DNA of 64,000 nucleotides from Zygnema circumcarinatum SAG 698-1b (Eukaryota; Plantae; Zygnematophyceae): NCBI GenBank assembly GCA_037447605.1, contig CM074811.1, positions 3,534,001 to 3,598,000 of the forward strand, read 5' to 3'. Shown piece by piece: positions 21,579 to 31,589 of this stretch (position 1 is its first letter; each line of letters starts with the position of its first letter). The notes under the pieces were generated by a model. It saw only the letters and a program-made list of their open reading frames with translations, ran no database searches and was not told where the DNA came from. The position numbers and the translations under genes were made by a program.

Positions 21579-24407
21579 TGGAGGTGCACGGTGGAGCGTG
21601 GTGGGGGAGCGACGACCGAGACAAAAGGAATGTCGGCGGCCAATAGGGGAGCGGCTGGGGAGGGGGGAGTGAATGATGTCCGACGGTCACGTAGGGAGGG
21701 GAATCGTACGGCGCAAGATTTGAGGTCGGCGGAGAGGAAGTCGGTAGGGGTACGGACGTGGTCGGTGACGAATGGAGTTGTGCGACAAGGAGAGATTCAT
21801 TAAATGCGACGTCGCGGGAAAGTACAATGCGATTCGTCGCGCAACACCAGATTCGATAGGCCTTAGACGTGAGTGCGTAGCCAAGGAAAATGCCGCGTAT
21901 GGCCCGCGGTCCCCATTTGCCGGTCGACTCTACGAGATCTTTGTACCAGGCTTTGCAGCCAAAGATACGGAGATGGGAGACGGAGGGCTTGCTGCCCAGC
22001 CAGGCCTCGTAAGGAGTGCTGTGGGGGAGAACGGAGGTGGGAAAGAGGTTCCGAAGGTAAGTGGCCGTGGAGATGGCTTCCGCCCAGAAGGCCATAAGGA
22101 GATCGGCGAAGTGAAGCATAAAGCGAGCCATGTCAAGGATAGTTCGGTTAAAGCGCTCAGCGACTCCATTTTGCTGCGGGGTGTAGGGAGCGGTAGTCTG
22201 ATGGGTGATGCCGTGAAGGCGGAGGAATTTAGAAAAGGCGATGGACATAAACTCGCCGCCGTTGTCAGTGCGACGGGTCTTGATGCGACAGTCTTGATGC
22301 GACGACCGAGAAGGGTCTCTGCAAAGGCCTTTAAACTCTTGGAAGCGGGAAAAAACGTCAGATTTGTGAGCGATGGGAAAGACATGGGAAAAGTGAGTTG
22401 ATTGGTCAATGAACGTGACAAAATACGATGCGCCGCCGAGGTTGACATCGCGCATAGGGCCATAGACATCAGAATGGATGAGAGCCAGAGGTTCAGAGAC
22501 AAGAGTGGAGCTTGAGGGAAAAGGTAATCTGGTCATTTTTCCTTGAATACAGCCTGAAAAAAAATCTAATTTTTTGGTAGAGAAAGGGTCTAAGCCTAAA
22601 ACTAAGCCCTGGCCAAGAGTTCTAAGGTTGCTTTCAGCAAGGTGGCCAAAGCGGAGGTGCCACCGAGCAAAGGTGAGAGGGGGGTCAGTGTGGTGAGCAT
22701 GGGCGTGCCCAAGGGAGGCCGCAAAGGAGGTGAGGGAAAACAAGCGGCCAATTTTGCGGCTGTGCCCTATTACAGCATCTAGGGTGAAGAAAGTGACCCC
22801 GTCTGGCCTAAAAAGAGTGGAAATGCCTAAAATTAGGATTGAGGCTATAGAAAATAGATTCTTTGCTAAGCCGTCCACCAAGTAGACGTCATCAATGATG
22901 AAGCGCTGGCCGTCAATTACAGTGGAAACCTGGCCAAAATGTGTGGCAGTCGAGGAGCGGTTATCCTCCAAGAAAATCGTCATAGGGAGAGGAAAAGGGG
23001 AGATCCGAGATAACCAATCACGGTGAAAGGTTAGGTGATGAGAGGCACCCGAGTCAATGAGCCACGTGGAGTCAGGGAGAGAGGGGTCATACCCAAAAGG
23101 GTCCGCGGCCAGAAATCCATAACCGAATTCGAGAGCACCGTAGACGATGCCCGGAGTGGGAGGCAGGCCGGCCGTGGGCGGGAAGCCAGGGTGAAGGGAG
23201 GGATGTACGGTGGGCGGCGACGACGGGACCAAGGATGCGGAAGGGAACGTAAGGGAAGGTGGCCACGTCAGCTGTACGACAGGTTCAACGGGGGACAAAA
23301 TCACAGGGGCCAAATCGAAGGGCGCCGCGATATTTGCCGCGCCGGCGGGCGGAGGTACGGACGAGCATGGCAAAAGTCGGCACGCCTCTTTTTTGGCCAA
23401 AGCGGGACAATTGTCCTTTACGTGAGTCTGTTCCTTGCAATACCGACAAAAAAGGCCGCCAAGAAATTTGGAAGGAGGACCGGATCCGAAGAGCGCGGAC
23501 GTGTGGGAGGATCTGGAGAGGTGGAATNNNNNNNNNNGGTTAGTAGAAGTCAGCATGGTTTCAAAGGATTCCTTTACGCAGTTAGTGAAGGCACGCCGCA
23601 AGCGGAGCTTGTGAGACCACTTCCGAGGTTTGTACGCATTGGTCAGAAGAGTCCAAGTGTCGTGGGAGCTGGTGGCGTCACAGATGTGCCCGATTAAGCT
23701 GCGCTGAATGCCAAGTGTGATGCGGACAAACGCCTTTTTGTCGCGTTTGGTCTAATCGGCAATCTCCTTCGTGCGTGCAGCCGAGGCGGCCGCGTTGGCG
23801 GTAGAGGCAAGTAGCAAAAGACAGGTCTTTAAACCAGTAACGACAGACCACAGATTCTCTTCTTCAAAAAGCTGCTGGCATTGAAACTTTTAGTCGTGCC
23901 AGTGTAACAAACCTGCCTCCAGCAGGGTTCGAACTCAGGACCTCCCGGTACCCACACAAGTGCTTTACCATTAAAAGGCAACCGCGGATGTAAGTACTCG
24001 GCCATACAACCCATGTATAGCGTTTCGCTACAGCCAGTTTGTCCCATCAAATTTTTCAAGGCATTTGAGGCATGAGTGGGCCCATAACCTATTGAAGAAG
24101 ACAAAGTGGACATTGTACGATCACATGTGAGGACAAAGAGAGTTGACACAAAAGACAGATGTGTGATTAACGTGGTAAAGAGTACAATGTCTTAAACTGT
24201 TTTATATACATTGCGGCAAGGGCTACGTGACAAAACAAAGCGTAGGACTAGCCTAAGCAAAGGCGGCCAGGTGTGAAGCACAAGGCCGCAAAAGTACAAC
24301 TAAACGAACAGAAAAGTACAAGCTAATAGGACAGCCAGGTGTAAGTACACGTGGCTGGGAAAACGACAAAAGAGTACGACCAAACTGAGAATGTCGGATT
24401 CTCAACA
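21579..24407 (-). mobile_element. Ty1/copia 5' half: LTR 24093-24407, half-tRNA-iMet-type PBS 24077-24089, gag, zinc knuckle, protease, integrase; RT missing
   Basis: LTR starts TGTTGAG; GGTTATGGGCCCA follows the LTR end; gag LEKFDGTNW|HD*KFQCQQLFEEENLWSVVTG; CRYCKEQTHVKDNC; WLIDSGASHH; WHLRFGH...CIQGK; LIHSDVYGP, RTDNGGEF, QQNGVAER. Contains an assembly gap at 23528-23538. Confidence 0.9.
23903..24032 (-). mobile_element. 130-bp tRNA-derived solo LTR inserted into gag, with 5-bp TSD CTGGC
   Basis: Minus strand ...GGGACAAA CTGGC [TGTAGCG...GTTACA] CTGGC ACGAC. Removing the LTR and one TSD copy restores gag DGTNWHD. Confidence 0.92.
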
Positions 24408-24822
24408 CGGTGCAGCGCGGTGGCGAGCACGGTGGCAAGCAATAGCATGCAGTAGATCGTAAAGTAGTGCAGTGCTAAGTACTTAAGTAGAGTTAGCTTA
24501 AGTGGTAGTTATCTTAATACAGTTGTAGCTTAGCTCGTGTTGCTAAGTGCAGTTGTCTGGCTGTATGGGCAGCAGGGGGTCAGGAGTTAGTCAAGAGCTG
24601 AAGTAGAAGCCTGAGGGCTGAAACTCTTGCTTGTTACTTCCTTTACTTTATTAAGGAGTTTTGAGGCCGGTGGTACTTTCTCCTTACATTCTCTTACGAT
24701 GCTTTTGCTCCTTTATTTTCAGTTATCTTTCAGTGTGTGCACTTGAGAGTTATTCTTGATTCAGACTGCAAGCATGGCAGTGAGTGAGGTGGGGTGAGAT
24801 TGACCGGGCTTTAATTAACAAC
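24408..24822 (+). mobile_element. LTR-like sequence of the AAGGAGTTTT...CTTTCTCCT family (start approximate)
   Basis: Ends in AACAACA; the motif at ~24650-24690 is shared with 16845-17340 and 18271-18672. Confidence 0.5.
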
Positions 24823-25339
24823 AGGTTGTAGGGTTTTTAGGGGTCCTCCTCAAGCCTTGCTCAAGCTCTGCTCAAGCCTGCCAGCAAGGGTTGGCGGTTG
24901 CAATTCATTTTTTGCGTTGCCGTAGGCAAAAGCTTTGTCATCGTTTTGATCCGTACGACGGGTTCGATTATGTTGTGAAAGATTAATTTAATGAAAATGG
25001 GGTATAGTTGCCGCGAGTCTGACATTGCCACGTCGCGCGTCTTGATTGGTTGTGCGTTTCATTGGATCGAATGCGCAGAAAATGGGGTATATTGCGTACT
25101 TATTCTGTCATTGCCATGTGTCGTTTTTTATGTACGACGGCGTTTGATTTTGATGTTTTATGTGGTAAGTGTGGTGAGAGTGTAAGTACGAACCTTTTTT
25201 TGATTATAATCATATAATTCTGACTTTTTTTTATCTTTGCGAAAATCATCATCTCCAGGACCGGGTCCTTCCGAAATCAATCCAGGGTTATTTGCTAAAC
25301 AATACTTGAAAGTAAGCGTAAGAACGAACCTTATTCGAT

Positions 25340-25835
25340 GATTTCCATATTTTCCAGAATTTCCATAATTTTCATAATTTCCATTTGACAAGTCTTTAAA
25401 GTCCAGAGGACTGCGGACTGGTCGACAATTTAAATAATTTCCATATGACCAGTCTTTAAAGTCCAGAGGACTGGCGGACTGGCCGACAGACTGACAAAGT
25501 GACTGACAGACGGACTCACAGACTGACCGACTGACAGACAGACTCGCAGACTGGCCGACAGACTGACCGACTGACTGACAGACGAACTCACAGACTGGCT
25601 GNNNNNNNNNNATCCTTCTTCAACACCCTCTTCAACTTCTTCCTTCGCCCTTCCACCATTCTCCCTCTCACCACTCTCCATGTTCCTTCCTCCGCCTTCC
25701 TCCTCAACACCCTCCTTCCTCCTCCTCCTTCCTCAACACCCTCTCCTTTTTCTTCCTTCGCCCTTCCACCATTCTCCCTTTCACCACACTCCATGTTCCT
25801 TCCTCCTCCTTCCTCTTTCCTCCTCCTCCTCCACC
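25340..25835 (+). repeat. Simple repeats next to assembly gaps: TTTCCATA-type repeats, a duplicated ~45-mer, (GACT)n and a CT-rich tract
   Basis: GTCTTTAAAGTCCAGAGGACTG occurs twice; (GACT)n-like 25485-25601; N runs at 25602-25611 and 25858-25867. Confidence 0.85.
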
Positions 25836-26248
25836 AATCATTATTTGTTGGTCATTTNNNNNNNNNNGGTTTTCGTAATCGGGGGATTGTGATTGTCGGT
25901 TGACAATGCCCGAAACGGCATGTTTGTACCGGGGTGGGTTGGTAAACCGTAACAGCTTGTTTTGTCAAACACGGGACACGCAAGATTTGGAATGGTTCGG
26001 TTGACAACGCCCGAAACGGTTATGGTGTTACCCCCCTATTGGTTATGGTGTTGGTCAAATTAATCACAGCTCCAACATACCAGGCTAAAAAAAGAATTTA
26101 ATCAAAATGGGGTATAGTTGCCACGAGTCTGACGTTGCAACGTCGCGCGTCCGGATTTGTTGTGCTTTTCGTTGGATCGAATGCGCAGAAAATGGGGTAT
26201 ATCGCGTAACCATTTAGTCATTGCCAAGTGTCGTTTTCTACGTACGAC

Positions 26249-26629
26249 TAGGGATGGCCCGCGTTATAAATTCCGAATATATTATATAATTTACAACGGG
26301 TTTAAAATTAGTAATATATTACAAACTAAAACACTTTATTACATATATTTACCCACTAGTTTTGAACAATTAACGACCGTACGACCGTACTCGTACGGTC
26401 GTACCATACCATTACTGTATTAGGTCGTTTTGGCGTTGGCGTTGCGAAATGCGTCCGTCTGGTTCACTCTGTCTGCTCGTGCTCGGGCCGCATAATACCG
26501 TACAGTCGTACGACCGTACGACCGTACATGTTGTAAAGGCGTTGTAAATTAATATATATCAGCCGTTATCTAGTCGTCACAGTTGTATAATATAATATAT
26601 AATATATAGTCGTAACTAATCCATCCCTA
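26249..26629. mobile_element. 381-bp hAT-type MITE
   Basis: TIRs TAGGGATGG (26249-26257) and CCATCCCTA (26621-26629); perfect 8-bp TSD CGTACGAC (26241-26248, 26630-26637); internal CGTAC repeat clusters. Confidence 0.9.
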
Positions 26630-27544
26630 CGTACGACAGCGTTCGATTTGAATGTTTTATGTGAACTACGGATTCGATTAGGTTGTCAAAGATGAATTTA
26701 AAGAAAATGGGGTATAGTTGCCGCAAGTCTGACGTTCCCACGTCGCGCGACCTGATTGGTTGTACGTTTCATTGAATTGAATTCGCAGAAAATGGGGTAT
26801 ATCGCGTACCCATTCAGCTTATGTGTTCGATCAGTTTCCGTTTCAGTTCACTTCACATAATTAAGGTTCGAAGACATTTCTATAAAAAGGCAACGCACGA
26901 GGATCTTGATCCGCAGCCTGTTATTTTAAAATTTGGCGGGGAAAAAAAAACGGGACATGACGAGCAAATCGAGACGTGCCACGTCGAATTACTGATCGCG
27001 CCCGAACGCCCACATGGCGACATACAGCGACTCCGCTTTTCTGTGGAGTACCTCGCACGTGGAGGAAAAAACAAAAACAAAAACAAAGGGCTTTTCTCAA
27101 TCCTGTAAACGTTGTCGAGAATGTCCAATGAGAATGCGTCACGTGTGATTTTTGCCTACGTGACGTGTTACTATCCGATATATTCGGGCAGAGGTGGACC
27201 TTCAGATTGGGGGTTCACATTTGGCCCAAAAGGGCCGCGATTCAACAGTTGATCCTCGGTTACCCTGATTCACCGAGTCAATTGAGTCGACTAAGAAATC
27301 GACTAAGAATGACTTTTGGTCACTGACTAGTAGCCATGGCTATGGCCAGTGCCCATCCATGCGCGCTTGGCCATGGCTACGGTATGGCATGGCCCTGGCT
27401 GGCCAGGTGGCCATGGCGGTGGTGCAGCCATGGCGGAGGGAGGGAGGGGGAGAGGATGAGGTCCTCCGCAGATGAGAGAGAGAGAGAGCCTCTCTCTCTC
27501 ATGCCGACCTCTCTCGCTGCCACGTGTCCCCCAAAGTCACAGCC

Positions 27545-29982
27545 ATGTACTTGGCCGCCCTCACTCGCCTCGCTCGCCTCTCTCTCTCTCTCCGCCCTCC
27601 TCCAGGCCGGCCCTCCCACTCTCCCTTTCTGCGCCCACTTCCCTCTCATCTCGCCTCCCCTCTGTCCTCTTCTTTTCCTTCCCTTCTCCCTTCCCCTCGT
27701 CCTTCCTCTCTCCCTTCCTTTCTCCCTTTCTCTCTGTCGTCCTCTCTCCCTTCCTCTCTCCCTTCCTCTCTCCCTTCCTCTCTTTCTTCCTCTCTCCCTT
27801 CCTCTCTCCCTTCCTCTCTCATTAATGAATGGGCCGCCGCTGCTGCTGCCGCAGGATTCCAGTCTAGAGTTGGGGTTTTAGAGCCCTCTTTTCTGGGACG
27901 TCCTGCGCTGTTGCACACAGATGGAGCTTCAGAGCTGAAGGAAAAGTTTCCTCCTTCCTCTGCTGCTGCTGCTAAGTTCAATGTTAGCGTTAGGGTTCCA
28001 GAGGCCTCTCGTCTGGATCAGCCCCTGCAAACGGGCTCAGTTGAAGCTTCAAAGCTGCAGGAACCTCCTACTTCTATACCGAATTGTACGGTTCAGGCCC
28101 CCTCCCCAGAGAAGGAAGGAAATTCCCTATGGCAGGAGCTTCGGACATGGCCGAACCTCGTCTCTTTTGGGCGACTACTTTCCGGCCCCCCTCTGGCTTT
28201 GTGCGATGCACACCTACTCTTTCGTCTAAACTGTTTTCCCTTTTCAGTTGATTGCAATGCGTCGGAATTGTTTCTAATTGCGTAATTAATGATCATCTGC
28301 TTTGATTTTATAAATTGTAGGAGCGGAGTTCTTTTTGGAATTAAAGGGTTTCGCTCATGTTTGGAAGCGGTACCTGCAGCATGTTGGTGCAGGGCCACGC
28401 AGCGCCTGCTTTGGGAGGGCTCGCGGTGGCGGCATTCTCTGATTGGGTGAGTATTTGCGACCTTCTGAAAAGCCGCTTTGCACACATACCTCTTTTGGGA
28501 CTCCCTTTTTTTCCTTAACCTTTTATTTTGTCATGTTGATTTTACTGTCGCAGCTGGATGGCTATTTGGCGAGACGTAGCGGACAGACTTCTATTTTAGG
28601 ATCGTATCTTGACCCTTTGGCCGACAAGGTCAGGTTCTCAATCACCTTCCCTTCGCAATTTATGTTAACTGATGAATTTATAAGCCACACCTCTAGAGAC
28701 AACAGGTTTTTGGTCCCCCCATTTAATCCTCTTGTTAAATGTATCGCTGGCGTGGAGGATTAACGAGGATAAGTCAAGCCCCACGTGAGAGGAAATTTTG
28801 TGGAAATTGTGATGGTGTGATATGAGCAATCCCAATAGTGGTACGCCTGAAGGATATAGGATTTTAGAGATTTTTAGGTGTGATTTTTGAACAAGTGAGA
28901 GCGAAGCAAAAATTTGCTTCCATTTTGAGCCGTCAGTGACTTTCTTTTTTAGGAAGTTGGTACTGCAGGTTCTTGTGGGATGTGTGGCATTAGCCCTCTT
29001 GCTCCGAGGCCAATTGCCAAGTAAGTCTGTTTGGTTTGTTACTGCGGCTAGTGGTCATAACAATAGTAACAATAACCGCGACAAGAATGATAATAAGAGT
29101 AGCAATTACAATAAAAATAGCAATCGATAATAACAAGAAAATTCTCAGGTGTAAGTGGGGCGGCTTGTAGAATTCTGCCTCTGTGAATGATGTTGATGGT
29201 AAGTTCAGGTTCGTGCTGGCCATTGCAGCATGGCTTGTGCTCCTGATGCTCGCCAGAGACGGCCTGCTTTTGCTTGGAGCAGCGATTCTCCAGAGGTCGG
29301 CGCTTGTAGAGAAGGTAAGCAGACCTGTCAAACCACACTATCTTTCTGACTTCCAAAGTAGATAGAGATTATTCACGACGTCCTCGAGTTGATGGAGCTT
29401 GTAGCCTGCTATTGGTCTGCTTTGACATTCGCATGTGGGGTTTATGCTTATGCGTGCAGGGTGCACCCACAGAACACATGCGCCCCTTATTTGTGAGCAA
29501 GGTAACATGCATATCCAGATGAAAGGCGCTTGTACGTGACGTTTATTCTCTGACGGTGGCTCTTGCCTTGTCATCTCAAGTTGGCTGTTGGGCTGGGAGC
29601 TGGGTGAACACCGCAACAGTTGAACACCGTGCTGCAGTTCATGCTCATGGGGATCGCTCTTCTCGAGGAGGTGGTGGAAGATAAAGTTCCTGATTGGCTG
29701 CTGCCAAGCCTCTGGTAAGGGCCAAATGTTGCCTGAAATCTTTATGCTGAGGGTAGAGGGTTCAGGGAAATTCTATTTGGGAAAAAGACTCATTATGCGG
29801 GTGTGGCTTGCAGCTATGCGACTGCTACGAGCACATGTGTCTCTGGAGCGGCCTATGCTGTCGTGTTTGCAGCACAGCTGAGAGGAAAGGGAAAGCCACA
29901 TTCTGCCAAAAGTGCAATGGTGGCTCCACGGAGGATGGGCGATTTGAAGGGCGCAGCCACAGCCCAATCCCCTCTCAAGTGA
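27545..29982 (+). CDS. CLS: Cardiolipin synthase (CMP-forming), CDP-alcohol phosphatidyltransferase family
   Basis: Arg/Leu/Ser-rich leader; TWPNLVSFGRLLSGP|...AFSDW|LDGYLARRSGQTSILGSYLDPLADK|VLVGCVALA...|LARDGLLL...|VNTVLQF...|CYATATSTCVSGAAY...SPLK*. The DG...AR...G..LDP.AD motif is intact. Confidence 0.9.
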
Positions 29983-31589
29983 TGAAGCATGTTCCTGTCG
30001 ATGCGCTGTCTGTTGAAGTTTCAGGAGACAAACATGGGTGAAGGCCTTTTCCCTGACTACCAGACGAGCAGGCTGACCCTGCTAGGCAGCACAAACGGAA
30101 AGGCGAGGAGGCTAAAGCCTCCCATAGCGCTTGCTCTGTCCCGCACTCTCTCCCGCTACCGTTTCTCTCTCCCTTTCTCTTCCCCTCTCCATCTGTCCTC
30201 ACTCTTCCCTCTTCCCCTCTCCCCGCCCCTCCCCTCTCCCCATCTCCGCCATTCTGGAAGAGGTGGTTGTTTTCAAGGCGTTCTGTTCTTTCTTTGGCGT
30301 TTTAAGACACTACTTTGACTGAGGGGTTACGAGCCCCTCGGGAGTTGTTTCATCCCTATTGTTCTCTTGTAAAGAAGAGCAACGAAATTGGTATATGTTG
30401 AAATTTGATGTATTTGAAATTCGATGTGTTTGAAATTTGAAAAGTGTTTTACACAAAAAAGTGGGTTTCTTGTTTTTATTTTTCTCTGCCTCCCACACCT
30501 CTCACAAACAGAAAACAGCTCTTTTCAATAATGTTTGCAAATGCGTGGGAGATTCTTCTTACAAGCGTCCAAGAAATTTGGGCTTCATTCTTATTTACTT
30601 TCACTTTCTTCGTTCTGGGCACCGCTTTAGTTTTGTCAAGTAATGTAATTGAATCTATAAAATTATCATCGACGACAAATTGGGGCTATGATCAGGAATA
30701 AAATTGTGGCTAAAGCTGACCACATCTTAAAATAAAATTAACAAAAGAGTCTACTCCTAAAAAAACTGTTTGGAACTACCAGAAGCACACCTGGCACTCG
30801 AAATATTTACGAGGAAAGTTTCTACTTTCCAGCTTCAAGCTCCCAATTTGCAGTTTCCAGTTTGCCAGTTTTCCATCCCACCCGAAGGGTCAACATCACG
30901 GATGGTGAAGTGGCGGCAAAGCAGGGCGGGCAGGCCCACAGCGCTCGCCCCACCTCCCGCCTCCCGGGGAAGAAGGGATTTCATGGAAGCTCTCGCCGTG
31001 AAGTCCTCAGCGCCTTTATGAGAGGGCCCCTCTCTCACCTTCTCCCTCTCCCTCTCACCTCCAGAGAGAGAGAGTGCGGATTTATTTTGTTCCTGCCAGA
31101 CAACGCTCAATGTGAATGATCCTCCAATAAAGGAAGGGCCCAAAGCCCCCAAAACACACACACTAACATGAGCGCACACAAGTTTCAATCTATAAATGAA
31201 ACATCCAAACGCCATTATGGACCAAGACAATGGCCTGTCTGAAGGAGACCTAGGGACACTCTTCAATTTGCGTCAAGGATTTCTCAGCTACTGCCTCCCT
31301 CCCATGCTTAATCTCTCTGCGCTGTAGCTCAAAGGGATAGGGGTGAAATGGAGGGCAACGGGGGAGGCTGTTCCGGGCTGGCTAAGGGATCTAAGTGCGT
31401 GGCCAGAACCTGGACCAGTTTGCCCCACAATTGCAGTATCCGCCTAATTCTATTGCATGTGATGCGCATGATTGTGCGCATTTGGTGACCCACTAGTTTT
31501 GTTTTGCTGTAAATTACTGACTCCCTCCCTCTCTCCTGCTGCACTACCGTCGTCTGTGCACTCTGTCACAACCTCATCAATTCCTGCGT

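Larger units (their letters stand above)
24945..26825 (+). repeat. Interrupted tandem repeat, ~215-bp unit, three partial copies (~24945-25164, ~26095-26248, ~26630-26825)
   Basis: Each copy has AAAATGGGGTATAGTTGCC.C.AGTCTGAC.TT...ACGTCGCGCG and a second CAGAAAATGGGGTATA. Copies 2 and 3 are contiguous once the MITE between them is removed. Confidence 0.85.

Noticed and set aside
21772-23697. Plus-strand ORFs of 209 and 220 aa
   Set aside because: Antisense to the copia integrase, protease and gag region; no independent motifs.
23914-23985. Functional tRNA gene
   Set aside because: Acceptor, anticodon and T stems do not pair, and the sequence lies inside an LTR; treated as tRNA-derived.
16715-24032. 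The two 130-bp LTRs as the paired ends of one 7.3-kb element
   Set aside because: The 23903 copy has its own TSD on both sides (solo LTR); the 16715 copy is followed by a PBS and lacks a PPT; they are only ~82% identical.
25340-26825. CRISPR-like array
   Set aside because: Eukaryotic context, long degenerate units without unique equal-length spacers, and no cas genes.
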